From Lama glama (taxonomy: Eukaryota), in assembly GCA_028534125.1 (NCBI GenBank), contig CM052816.1, positions 12,278,001 through 12,342,000 of the forward strand: a DNA stretch of 64,000 nucleotides, in the 5' to 3' direction. The notes under the pieces were generated by a model. That model did no database searches, was not told the DNA's origin, and saw only the letters and a list, made by a program, of their open reading frames with translations. The position numbers were made by a program, and so were the translations under genes. Positions 14,210 through 26,904 of the stretch are shown here, piece by piece (the stretch's first letter is position 1; each line of letters opens with the position of its first letter).

Positions 14210-14705
14210 TAATGGCATACCCAGGCCTTTATCTCTAGATTCCACTTACATTACTCCCTTCTCATTGCTTCACCTTCAGCTATATTGACTCTCATTCAGT
14301 TTCTATAAAATTACATATTCCTTTCTGCCTTAATGCCATTACATTTGCCATCTCCTCTGTCTGGAACCCCCATATTTTTGTCTGATCAAATCCCTCTTAC
14401 CCTTAAATTTAAAAAAAATGATCTCCGCTTAAATTCTCCCCAAGTGCATAGATTAGGTAGGTCTCATTTCTATGAATCACCCTTCCATCTCAATTAGACA
14501 TTTCTTTTAAAACTCGTGCTTCTTCACAGCTATTTATACAGTTGTAATTGTGTGTAAATTTTTTTAAAAAACATTAAATCACTGCCTTTCCCATTGGAAG
14601 TATAAGCTTAGTGTGAACATTCATCTTGCTCTCTTGTTCACCAGGGCTACACAGCGACTATCTCAGTGCTTGGCATGGAACAGGCACTCAGTAACTACTC
14701 ACGGG
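14210..14705 (+). mobile_element. L2 LINE 3' part
   Basis: cctctgtctggaac body motif and tail cagtgcttggcatggaacaggcactcagtaa. Confidence 0.7.
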
Positions 14706-14764
14706 CTACCTGAATTCTAATGGGTGAGAAAAGCAGCAATGTCACACTTTACACCCGTGTCCTT

Positions 14765-15645
14765 CTCTACTTCTTGTTTGTTTTTCTGTCTAGGCATCAT
14801 CCCTTCTCTACTTTGGGGGACAGAGCATTCCCAATTTTACTCCATCCACCTGGTTACTTTCAGTGCTATCCCCTTGGTTAATTCATATAAACTTTTTTTT
14901 ATGACCACAGTTGGTTCTTGCACAAAAGTCTGGGAAGTAAATTCAAAAAAGAGAAGCAGCCTCTCTGGGTGATGGATCTATTATATAACACATTCAGGAA
15001 TTCTCAAAAACCCTCGTACAGATTTAACCACTGGAGAAGCAGACAAAGCCAGTCTCCAGAGAGAGAATGAAGTAGACACACAGAAAGCTAAGTGGGAAGA
15101 TAATCCTATTTCCATTCTAGGTTGTAGTTATTCCTGAGACTCAACCACCTTCCTGTCTTTCAGCCTCCAGAGAGACTTCTCCAGATCAGAAGTCTGACAT
15201 GGGCCTTAACCAGTGAAAATCAAAGTGTCTGCAGGGCTGCACTCCTTTCTGCATACCCTAGTTGATAATCCAGCTGTCACTCTTTCTAATTCCTAAAGAC
15301 TGTCCACATTCCATGACTCATGACCACGTCCTCTGTCATCAAAGGCAGAATGTCACATCTCTCTCTAAACTCGGCTGACTGATGATCTCTGCTTTTAAGG
15401 ATTCAAGTAATTAGGCTGGGTTCATCTGGATAAGCCAAAATAGTCCCATTTCAAGGTCTTTAACCTTAATCATGCCTCCAGAGCCCCCTGTACCAGGAAA
15501 GGGAACTTAGTCACAGGTTCTGGGGATAAGGACACACACAACTTGACGGACCACTATTCCTTCTACCACATTCAACATCCTCACAACAAATTCTCCTGTG
15601 CACATAAACTAGGTCAGTCGGGATTTCTATGATGAGAAGAGTCCC
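14765..15645 (+). mobile_element. Old MaLR LTR (MLT1J/K-like), interrupted by a second MLT1
   Basis: gagagaatgaagtagacacacag motif before 15170; 3' end aaactaggtcagtcgggatttctatg...aagagtcc after 15570. Confidence 0.5.
15178..15570 (-). mobile_element. MaLR solo LTR (MLT1C/D-like)
   Basis: cagaagtctgacatggg...aaaatcaaagtgtctgcagggctgcactcctttct...cacaggttctggggataaggac...ttctaccaca terminus. Confidence 0.85.
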
Positions 15646-16354
15646 CTCCATAAGCCCTCTGTGTATTTTGTCTTATGAAATTCCTAGGTTAGAAACCCAG
15701 AACTTCATTCAATATTGTCTGTTCATAGCACACATATCCAGTTATTCACTAAATCCTGCACAACTTACCCCTCAAGTGGATTCACTAAACTGTTTTATTT
15801 AACATTATTTACTTATTTATTTTTGGCCAATGTCCTAGTTTTAGTCCCTTTTTACCTGCACTACAATAGCCTCCAACCTGGGTTCCCTGTGTATAACTTT
15901 CTTTTCCCAGTCACTCTCCCCACTGGTAATAGTGTTGTCTTTTACCACAGATGACACAATGCTATAGATTTCCTAAGATAAAGCATTTGATGACTCTTAA
16001 AGTCTTTCAGTCCAGACTTTCACAAAATGATGTAATTTAAACCATGGTATATTTACTTTCATTTTACTTTTTTTCTTCTGTACCTCTCCCACATTCTGAG
16101 TGACTGTAAATACTCAATGGGTATCTGTGGCATGAAATGCTTACTTTATCCATCTTTCATTCATCCCTGCACGGTATCAGGTACTATGAAGGGCAGAAAG
16201 ATGTGAAAGTATAACCTGGGGAAATCTGATAAAAAGTTATCATATGGAAGGAAATTGAAAAATGGGAGATAAATAGATATATTGAGGAGATAGGCAAGGC
16301 ATTCTATATTAGAGGAAGGTCTGCTAATGGGACACATAAAAATTACTTTTATCA

Positions 16355-16480
16355 GGTGGGAGGGAATAGCTCAGTGGTAGAAAGCATGTTTAGCATGCAT
16401 GAGGTCTGGGTTCAATTCCCACTACCTCCACTTAAAAAGTCAATAAATAAATAAATCTAATTATCTCTGCTCAAAAAAAA
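16355..16480 (+). mobile_element. Vic-1-type tRNA(Ala)-derived SINE (camelid-specific)
   Basis: gggagggaatagctcagtggtag (A box), gggttcaattccc (B box), (taaa)n tail with ctaattatctc, poly(A); imperfect flanking repeat aaaaattactttta / aaaaattgatttta. Confidence 0.88.
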
Positions 16481-16494
16481 TTGATTTTAGTAAA

Positions 16495-17830
16495 ATGTAT
16501 TTATTCCTTAATTCAAAAATTTTAGATTATCTACTATCATTCTATGTTCCTAGGAAACAGTGGTTAAAAAGAAAAACACAAAATTCTTATCCTCAAAGTG
16601 TTTATAATCTAGTGGAGGAAATACAGATAATTTACAAGTACAAGAAAAATTTAAGTATACAATTTTGAATAAATTTATAGACTTCCTGCAATGAAGAAAT
16701 AAAGCAGGGTAAGCATTTAGAGAGCAGGGTTTAGGTGGGAAGCTCTTTTAGATCTGGTTATAGGTGAAAGATAAAAACACCCCACTATGTGAGAACCTTA
16801 GGGGAGAAAATGCAAAGGTGGAGACCAGCTGGGTAAAAGCCATGTTTGGGAAATGAACTTGGCATATTTGAGAAAGTGCAACAAGGATAATCTGGTTGGA
16901 ATAGAGAAAAAAGAGAAAGCAGTAAAAAAAAAAAAATGAAGGAAGGAAGCACAAATCTAAAATAGCCTTGTTCACCATGAATGGAGCTTGACTTGTATTC
17001 TAAGTATAACAGGAAAACACTGGAAGATTTGCAACCTGATTTGTGTTCTAAGAAACTCACTTGGCCTACTATGGAGGGAATAGATCATAAGGAAGCAAGA
17101 AAGGACAAAGAGACCACTGTAGAGGCAACAGCAAGAGTCCAGGCAAGAGAACAGTGGCCGGGACAAGGGAAAGGGCAGAAGATGTGGTTAGAAATAACTG
17201 GATTTCAGACTGGTGGGGAGGAAAAACTATTGTCTTCTGTCTTTCTAGATTCTTAGGGCTGGTCTAAGAATTAAACTGACCTAAGACAGATTAACAGGAG
17301 AAAATCACATAAACGTTTAATAATGTGTATACGTGGGAGAGCCTCAGGAAAACTGAGCTAACTCACCAAAATGGCCACAGTGCCCACCTTAAACACCGTC
17401 TGTAGCTAAAGAAAGAAAAGGGTGTTGCAGACAGCGGGTTAGGGCATCAAAAGGAAGGAAGGCAATCCACGTGGGAAAGCAAATTTTTAGTAACCATTTG
17501 CTGGGCCACACAGAGACAACAGGACACACTGTGGACTCTGATCTCGACCTGCCTGTGTTTTGCCCCACCACACCTGGCCCACATTCTTGGCAGGCATCTC
17601 TGATGATAGCTCTATTCTGGGAACCCTCTCCCTAAACTCTTTAAGGCAGTTGGGAGAGAGTCAAAAATTCTTCCAGAGTCTTTCTAGCCTTGACTGTTTT
17701 TAGCTTGAAATAGTTTGCCTGCCAAAGACACACATTTGGGGGTAGCAAATTTTGCTCCTCTATAAGACAAATGTTGAGGACTGAACTGACAGGATAGGGA
17801 ATAGAAAAATCAAGCAGTAGGTGAAGGTGG
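16495..17830 (-). mobile_element. L2 LINE, split by an ERV1 LTR
   Basis: Long antisense L2 match (ataatctagtgga, cactggaagatttg, gcaagagtccaggcaagaga); resumes after 17768. Confidence 0.8.
17211..17764 (-). mobile_element. ERV1-class solo LTR (MER34/MER39-like), 554 bp, with 4-bp TSD
   Basis: tg...ta termini (one end mutated); TSD agac at 17207-17210 and 17765-17768; minus-strand start resembles MER34 group (aatttgctacccccaaatgtgtgtctttggca); internal aagacagattaacaggagaaaa. Confidence 0.85.
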
Positions 17831-18024
17831 ACACAGGTTCAAGAGCTTCTTTTTGCAACTGATTTTAAGGTGTTTGCATGTCTGTGGGATTTCTGATAAT
17901 AAGCTGTATTATAATGGGGTTGACTCTACTACAAATGTCAGTAACACCTTGGATAACAGTTTTCTTCAGAGTCTAACATTACAGTAGGCAGCACACATTG
18001 TAATTAAAAAAACTGAGCCTAAAT

Positions 18025-18232
18025 TGGAATTATGACCCTGCTATTGGTAAATGTATGAAACTTAGACTAGTTACAGAAGGTCCACGAGCCGTTATTTCCT
18101 ATCCATATAATAAGGATCGTAACTTTATTGGCAGAGAGGAGAAAATGTAATCATATACAGAAAGCATCTACCACAGGGCCTGAGACAAAGTCAGCGCTCA
18201 GTAATGGAGAGGAATTGTCATTATTACTACTC
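18025..18232 (+). mobile_element. MIR SINE
   Basis: Degenerate core and 3' aaagcatctaccacagggcctgagacaaagtcagcgctcagtaa. Confidence 0.6.
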
Positions 18233-18999
18233 AGTGCTTGACTGCTTAATCCCTTCTACAATCAGTAATACAGCCTATTAGGATTTCAGTGGCATTGGAA
18301 AAAAAAGCCACTTTCTGCCTTGACTTCCTTCCCCATGATGCATATCTTGTTCCTAAGCAGACCCTAATGCCCTTTCCCATTTCAAAGCACCGCAGGGGAT
18401 ATATGGCCAAAAGGAATGGAACAGCTGTGTGCGAAGCTCCACAGCGAGAAACTGAGTGAGCTCATGTCACTTTAAACATGATTTCCTTATGTGTAAATTA
18501 GCTTGCAAATCTGCTAGCTTCCTATCACTAATTCACAGATTAGCTAGAGTTAACCTGCAGGGAAACAGCAATGAGGAAGACAAACATGGCATTCTTACAT
18601 GAATGTTCATTTGCACGGTTCATGTAACTCTAGGCTTGCAGGAAGACAGCACTCTGCTTCTCCAAGTTAAATCTACTATGACACTTACAGTTCTACACAA
18701 GAATATTAGGCAACAAATTAGTCTAAAGCTGCAGTTAATCACAATCTAGAGTCAACCCAAGGAAATAGAGAACTAAACAAATATATTTCTTAACATTTAG
18801 TGCTCCTCTTAACCCAGGCAAGTTGAGCAAGATAATTTTCTTACTCAAACACTGGTTAAAATTGCAGCCAAGATGCTTTAGTAAGAAAGCTGGACATGCA
18901 CAGCTTCAAATATATAGTCACCTTAAATTGATAACCTGACTTCAAATTTCAATTCTCACTAACTTCTTGCACTGAATTTATCTATCAGCCAAAACAATC

Positions 19000-19480
19000 T
19001 TGTATGCAAGGGAGGGAGGGACACCTGATTCAAACAGCTTATGCAGAAATAATGGCACACTTAGAAGAAAAAGTTGAGGGATAAAAGGACTTTAGGCATG
19101 GCTGGATCCATGAGCTCGAAGCAAGTAATCAGCAACTGGTCTCTGTCTCTTTGTTTGGCCTTCTTTTCTGTACATCATCTTTACTGCTAGTAGTCCCAGA
19201 AGAAAAAGATTCTTTCTAACAGCTTGAAAACATCCCTAAAATTGAATCACATGCCCACCATGAACGAATCACACTGGCCCTTGTTGTTGTAAAGCTGACT
19301 GGCCAGGCCTGGGTCATATGTAACACTGAGGACAGGATGGAGTCCTCTTCCCCTAAAGCACACCAGCAGAGAATGCTGGGGGTTTCATTCCCCCAGGGAA
19401 TGTCAGGATGCTGTTATGACTCTAAGGAAACAGGAGTGAGCTGAAGCCAGACAGGAAAATAGAAGAGATGCTCACTACTA
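19000..19480 (-). mobile_element. MaLR LTR (MLT1J/K/L-like)
   Basis: ctttaggcatggctggatcca and tggccaggcctgggtcatatg motifs. Confidence 0.65.
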
Positions 19481-20164
19481 TGCACGATTCAAACATTCAA
19501 AAGGTCCAGTTTTCATTTTGTAGAAATATAAATAGTAACTATTATTATAATGGCATCTATCTCATGAGTTTATGAACATATGCACAGAGTTAAAGGATAA
19601 AGAATTGTGTTCCTTTCTCAGTGCTTTTCCAAAGTTATCATGCATACATGTTGCTATTGGCCCTGACAGCTGATTCACCATTCGACTACTATAATCACAA
19701 ACACACTGGATGTTATAAATTAATTACATCTCCCTGGTTAGCAAGTGTTTCTTCAATCACAGGAAGGGAAGGAATATCTGAAGCCACACATTACGTTACA
19801 AGCATAGTTAGAGTTAGCCTTCTACTCATGTAAAGTCAGAGATACATGTCTCTCCTTAGATGAGGGAAGAGAATTTTGTTGAATTTAGGGAAGTCCCACA
19901 CCAGGACCCACTACCTCTAAAATCTCTGCTGATACACCTCACATGAGGGTCAGGTACAGATACAATTTATTTGTGATATATTATTTGCACTCTATGCCCA
20001 GATCATCTCTTGGGAAAAGTTTCCCAATTCCTTGCTATTATTGTATACTTAAAACAATTCCATCGTTTATATAAGCAGCCCACAGAGGCAAAGAGCACTA
20101 TTTCCACAAAACCTTCCATGAAAACAATATACAAATTTCCACTACAGTTAGATAGTTAAAAAAA

Positions 20165-21802
20165 TGACAAGTGATTTTCATCCTCATTCTTAACAATCCA
20201 AATGAACCCAAGAAGCTATAAAATCACAGATGGGGGGAAAAATCCATCAGAGAGTTCAGGATACAAAGAAATCTAAAAAACCCTAAATTTCAGAGAGTAA
20301 CAATTCCTTCATGAAGAAGAGAAAGATGGAAACTTAAAAATATGAATAATAAATACTGCAAGTGAGAAACTTGATATTAGAAACGGATAATTCATGTGGT
20401 AGGCCTAATAGGAGGCTAGACACAGCAGGAAAAAAAAAAAAAAAGAACTTGAACTCTGGTTAATAGAAAGTATCCAAATGGAAACAGCAAAAAATGGGGA
20501 AAGGGGTTAAAATCAGATGTTCATGGGAGGGTATCAGTGGGTCTAACATATTTAGAGTTCCAGAAGAAGAGAGAGAAAGGGGCAGAAAAATGTTTACACA
20601 GATAATGGCCGAGGACTTTCTAAAATGGACAAAAAACACCACCAACCTACAGATGTGAGAAGCTCAGTGAGAATGAAGCAGAATAAATGCAAAGAATCTC
20701 ACACACAAACTTACGGTCAACTGACGGGAACCAGAGACAATGAGCCAACCATAAAAGCAGCAAGAGGAAAAAAAAATACTTAAATGTCAGCAAATCAAAT
20801 TCAAAATAATTAAATGATATTTATCCCAAGAATGCGAGTTTAATTCGACATTTGAAAATCAATGTATTTGACCACAATTAAAAAAAAGATAAAAATCATG
20901 TGATTGTATGAATACATGCAAAAAATTGACAAAATTAAGCATCCATCTATTATAAAAATTCTCAGTAAATTAAAAATCAAAGGAAACTTGCTCACCTGAA
21001 TGAGGGCATCTAAGAAATCCTGAAATCTAGCACCATATATAGTATTAAAATATTGAACACTTCCAAGATAGGAACATGGTAAGAATGACTGTTCTAATGA
21101 TTTCTATACATATTATAGAGATGGTCTTGCCCAGTGCAATTAAGTCCATAGGTTAGAAAGAAGTAAAAATGTCTGTTTGAAGATGACATGATTGAATATG
21201 TAGAAAAACTGAATGGAATTCAAAAGAAAAAATAACACTGATAAATAAGTTTAACAAAATAGGAGCTACACGGCCAATATACAAAAATCATATGCATTTC
21301 TATAAATTACCAAAAAATAATTTGAAACTCAAAAATTACCACTCGCCACAGCACCTAAAACGTAAAATACTTAGAAATAAATACAGCAAGAAATGTGTAA
21401 GACTTGTAAAAATGATTGAAAATTCTTGCAAAAAATTAAGACCTAAATAAAGACAAATATCATATTCCTGAATTAGAAGACTCAATATTATTAATATACC
21501 TATTCTTTCTGAATTGACCTTATATACAGTTAGTATCTGCATTCCAGCAGACCTCTGAAGAGGAAATTGGCAGGCTGATGCTAAAATATATATGAGAATG
21601 CAAAGGATCTAGATGAGCTAAAACACTGAAAAAAAGAAACAGATAGAGAACTTACATTCATTTATTTAATGACTTACTACAAAGCTACAGTAACAAAAAC
21701 AGTGTCGAACTGGCCTAAAGATAGACAAATTCATAGATGGAATAGAGTTTATAAGTAGAGTGACATTATACGGTCAAAATATTTTCTAACAATGTGCCAA
21801 GT
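20165..21802 (+). mobile_element. Old LINE-1 (L1M-type): 5' region, ORF1 and ORF2 fragments
   Basis: gagttccagaagaagagagaga and gaagctcagtgaga (ORF1); ttagaagactcaatattattaa and gacttactacaaagctacagtaa (ORF2); many stops and deletions. Confidence 0.85.
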
Positions 21803-21809
21803 CAGAATC

Positions 21810-24045
21810 TTTTTGCTTGTTTTGAATAATTTCAAATTTACAGGAAAGTTGCAAAGATAGTGCAAAGAATTCATATTTACTCCTTACTCGGCTGCCCCTA
21901 TTGCTGACATCTTATGTAACCATGGTACATCTATCAAAATTGAGAAGTTAAGAAAAAAAGGCAAATTATTATTAACTAAACTCAAATCTTTATTTGGATT
22001 TCATTAGTTTTTTACACTGCTGTCCTTTATTTTATAGTTTCAGGATCCACATCAGGAAGCCAAATTGTGCTCAGTCACACGTCTCCTTAGATTCCTCTGT
22101 TTTGTGACAGTTTCTCTGTCTTGTTTTTGATAACCTTGGCATTTTTGAAGAGTACTTGTAAATATTTTGTAGAATGTCCCTCACTGTGGGTTGGTTTGTT
22201 GTTTTTCTCAGGATTAGCCAGGGATTGGGGGTGTTTTGGAAGAATATCATATGCAAAGTGCCCTTCTCATCACATCATATCTGGAGTACAGGCCATCAAC
22301 GTGACTTATCACCAATGATATTTCCTTTGTTCACTCTGTTCACCTGGCCAAGACAGCATTGCCAGGCTTTTCCACTGTTGTTTATCCATTCCATACTGTA
22401 TTCATCAGAAGCAAGTCACCGAGTCCAGCCCATGGTTCAAGGGCATGGAGGAGGAAGGGGAGGGGGAAGTGTGTGCATAAATTACTTGGAATTCTTCTGT
22501 ACGGAAAATGTATGTCTTCTCCATTTATTTATTTGTTCGATCATGTTTTATTTTTATTATGTGTGAGTATTCTGTGTTACATTGTTCCTTTTGTTACTAA
22601 ATTGTTTCAGGCTTGGCCACTAGGATTATTTTCAGATTTGCTCTTGTGTATCTTCAACAAGACTCCATTCTTCTGATTTTTGAGCACATTCTTACATTTC
22701 AGCACTACAAGAAGCAACAGGTTCATCTTGTATTTTCTTTTCTTTAGCCCTAGAACCAGCAATTTCTCCAAGAAACCCAGGCATCTTTTATTGGAGAATG
22801 GAGTCTAGAAACCAAGATCTGGGCACTGGGTGTCCTCACTATTGCTTGGAATGTCACTACTTTCTGGCTTTCTTGGTGGACAGGACTAAGGAATTTATGT
22901 ATGCATACCAACTCATGTATACACACATATCTATAATTGCTCCTGGTTCTCTCCATCTGTATTATGATAAATTAAACACATGTTAATACTACTATCTCCT
23001 ACTCTAATTCAGCACCATATAATTCCTTCTAATCCTCCCACCTTGCTTAGCTGTCTGTAACTTCGCTCTCCAATAATGAGCAGTCTATCTCTCATCATCA
23101 TCCATATTCAATTATTCTTTGACCTCAGTATACAAGTAAGGTGTTCTCAGAATTGTTTAACCTGTATCCCCATGATAAACAACTTTACCAACTGGAGTAC
23201 AGTGTTTGAGTTCAGTTCATTGTCTTTAGTCTTACAGTTTCTTGCTAAAAATCTACTTTCCAAAGTTACCTAACTCAGCTCTTATTTTCTCATCCCTTTC
23301 CGTGAAGTCATGTCATACATATGCAATACAGGTTATTTTTCTGTCACAGTCGACATTTCATCCCTAGATTTTCTTCAGCCTCTGGGCTGGTTTTTAATTT
23401 AATTTGTATATGTTTAAATCTACTCTCTGGGATGTACATTTCAGTGGATTTTTGACGAGATCATAGTCATGTATACAGCATACTATACAGAATGGATCCA
23501 TCACCCTAAAAAATTCTTCTTTGTTTACCTTTAGCACTCAATGACTTTCCCCTCCCTCAACCCTTAGCAATCACAGATCTATTTTCTGTTCTCATCACTT
23601 TCCTTTTCTAGAATGTCATATAAATTGGACTCATTTGGTATGAGTCCATTGTGGTCCTTTCACTTAGCAAAATGCACTGAAGACTCATCTATGTTGTGTG
23701 CAATCAGTAGCTCATTCCTTCTTATTGCTAAATAGAATTGTGCTGTATGGATACATATCCATCCACCTATTGAAGGACATTTTGGTTGCTTCCAGTTGGG
23801 GGTAATTATGAATAAGGCTCCTATAAACATACACATCTATTATCTACATGAACAAAAGTTCACAGTTCAAATGAGTGAGTATTTAGGCATGTGGCCGCTG
23901 AAATACCTGATAAGTACGTTTACAAGAACCTTGCAAACTATCTTTCAAAGTGGCTGCACCATTTTGCATTCCAACCAGCAATAAATGAGAATTCCTATAG
24001 CTCTGTATCTATCTTCACCCGTGTTTGGTATTGCCAGTTTAACTT
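21810..24045 (-). mobile_element. LINE-1 long 3'UTR and ORF2 end (L1MC/L1MD-like)
   Basis: aataatttcaaatttacaggaaagttgcaaagatagt terminus; ggagaatggagtctagaaaccaagatctgggcact; caaagtggctgcaccattttgcattcc. Confidence 0.88.
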
Positions 24046-24474
24046 TCTTATCTAATATAGGGATCTGCATAGAGTGAGCATGAATAAATATAATTCTGGG
24101 ACTCGGATTTAAGTAAACTGTATTGACTAGGATACGTTAGGAAATTGTTAGCCTAAACTAGTGTAAGAAAATGTACTTTATAACTGTTTTAAGAAATTAG
24201 ATCTCATTAAGAGGAAGTAAAATGATTTGGGACAAGAATGGCAAAATGGTTCATCTCATGTGATGACCCCTATCAGTTGTTAGAGGAATGCTTGGAGCTT
24301 TTCATTAAAAAGGATTCTGAGACCACACTGGGCCTTAGCGAAAGAGAATGCTGTGAGCAATTAGTAATGCCTATGTTATAAGCAGAGGACAAGGCACGGG
24401 GGTAACAAACATATTGTTTCTAAGGTCTGGACTAATTCACTGCTATGTAATAAAGTTCCTCCAGAAGGATCTAC

Positions 24475-24974
24475 TGTGGTAAGTAGAAGGAAGACCTCCA
24501 AAGATGTCCATGTCTTCATCCCCAGAGCCTATTAACATGTTGTGTTATATGGCAAGGAGGGATTAAAGTTGTAGATGGAATTGAGATTGCTATTCTGACT
24601 TGAAATAGAGGGGGTTATTCTGGATCTGGATTAATAGCCCATCAGGGTCCTTAAATATGGAAGAGGGAAGCTACAGTATCAGTGTTAGGATGATGGGACA
24701 AGGGGAAAACCTCACTGGACACTGCTGACTTTGAAAATGGGAAAGGGCATGAGCTAAGGAATGTGGCAGCCAGCCTCCCGGAGCTGGAAAGGGAAGAGAA
24801 CAGATTCCTCCCTAGAGCCTCCAGGTAGGATCAGATCCCCCACGTACACCTTGATTTTAGCCCGGTGTGATGCACCTCAGAATTCCGACCTATAGAGCTG
24901 TAAACAGATCCCTGTCATTTTAACCCACTACGTTTGTAGTAACTTGTTACAGTGGTCATAAAAATACAAATTCG
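24475..24974 (+). mobile_element. MaLR solo LTR (MLT1D-like), near full length
   Basis: tgtggta start, ccaaagatgtccatgtc, cagattcctccctagagcctccag, ttgattttagccc, gtaacttgttacag near end. Confidence 0.9.
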
Positions 24975-26711
24975 CCTATTTTAATAATTAGAAAGCAGAG
25001 GATGAATATTACAGTGTTAACTTTTTAGCATTAAAAACAAAAACATTTAAAGAGTTTCAAGTCCTTAAAACCCTAAGGTGGATTAGATAGTTTCTCAGCC
25101 ATCAATTTATTTCTTAGAAGATTGTGTAAAAGTAAATTTCAGACTGACTTCTATTCCTTTGAACGCTCATTCAGAACCGGTGTGGTATAAAATAACGAGG
25201 TTTTCTCCCGGTGCCAAATCAAGTCATCTAGAGCAACTGAAGACGTCTAGAGGTGTTCTGCAAGAGCAAGGACCAAATGTCCTTTGAGGGACTCTGGGAA
25301 GACGGGAACACCATCATTGCTGCCATGGCGTAACTGCCCCCATATTGATGGAAGACATCCATGTGCTGAGACTCAGCCTCTGCTTCTGCACCCAACTTTG
25401 AGTGAGAACAGCATGCAGTTAGGATTCAGACCACCCTGCCATTCTTCTGATCATCTCAACATCTTCTTCATGACTCTGGGCTGTGCCAACACTCTATGAT
25501 TACTACTATTGTTTTCTGATGAGACCTGCGTGTTCATGGGTTCTACCTGCCTCATGTTAGTGACTGATTTTCCACCCTCCGTCACCTCTCATTCCACACC
25601 TCCTTATGCTTCCTCTTCGTTTGGCACTGGAAATGGTGGTAGAAGTAGGATCATGCTGTGAGCACATCTTTCTTTCCTCAAAGCTACGAGCTGTATCCTT
25701 TTTATTAAATTCAAAATTGTACCTAGGGGAACGAACGCACCATCCTGGATGGATGGAGGAGGTGCTTTCTTCACATGTAATAGAAATTAAGTCCATGAAA
25801 CATGCACACTGTTAAAAGGGCATCTTTATGGAAACATTAAAAAAAAAAAAAGAATAGCCTCCAAATCACAGCTGGAGGCTTTGTACAGGAAAAAAAAAAT
25901 TACATAGATTCTTAAAGTTTAAAATACAAGGAATGGGTAGAAAAGATTTTATTTTTCTCCAACATGGCTAGAAGTGTCCTTTTCACCTCCAACAGAGCCA
26001 ATCAAGAATAAGAGGAGCACTAATGCCGCACAGGGGAGAGCATCCAGGGAACTACATTCCTCTCTGGGAGCCAGGGAGAGCACGAGGACCTGAGGCCCAG
26101 AAGAGCATCCCACAGAGATGTTAAAACCGTCTTTTGATCTGTCATATCGAAAGGGAAGCAGTTCCAGCTACTGAAACTCCTGAGTTTGTGTCTCTTTTCG
26201 TTTTGCTTTTTTTTTGCCAAAAATATTCATGGAAAATCTTTACCTTAATTATATATCCGGGTTTCTCACTGCTGTTTTACATCCTTAATGAAGAAATGAC
26301 TGTCATTATATCCTAACCATGTCATGAAATTTAAATTACTGCCAAATATCTAGATACAGTGCTTGGTACACAGTAAGTGCTCAATATTTAGAAGCTTCAA
26401 GTATACCTCTGCCACCTCTTCCAAAAAGCAGAACACCAAAAAGCAGAATCATTTTTGACCCAAGTGAGGAATAGGATATTATAAGGCCTTAAAAAGTAAT
26501 GGGGAAGGGAGACTTCCTAGCATCTCATAGAAGGGTAAAGTAGGACATGGCAGAAAAGAAATGTTCGACTTGCAAAAACGTATCATCTGATATGTAACAA
26601 CATGTAAGTAAAACAGTATCATTTTCTCATTTTCCTCTGATTCTGTCAGGGCAGTCCAGCCACATGGAATTGGCTTGGAAGGTAAAAACACAAAGACTCC
26701 AAAACAGGACC

Positions 26712-26892
26712 TGCCGTGCTTCTGTTTACTAGCAGAATAAATTTTGGCCAATGGCCTAAACCCTCTGAGCCTCTGTTTCCTCATCTGTAATACTTCTGAA
26801 AATTAGTGAGAGAATGCCTGGCTCATAATAAGCACTCAACAGTTACTGAACGACTGGATAGAAAATGAATAGATGGATGAATAAATGAATGC
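26712..26892 (+). mobile_element. MIR core followed by an L2/MIR-type tail
   Basis: aaccctctgagcctctgtttcctcatctgtaa; tgcctggctcataataagcactcaa; (tgaa)n-like tail. Confidence 0.7.
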
Positions 26893-26904
26893 ATTTAGAG
26901 AATT

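Noticed and set aside
16358..16430. tRNA-Ala gene
   Set aside because: Mismatched stems plus an A-rich SINE tail indicate a SINE, not a tRNA
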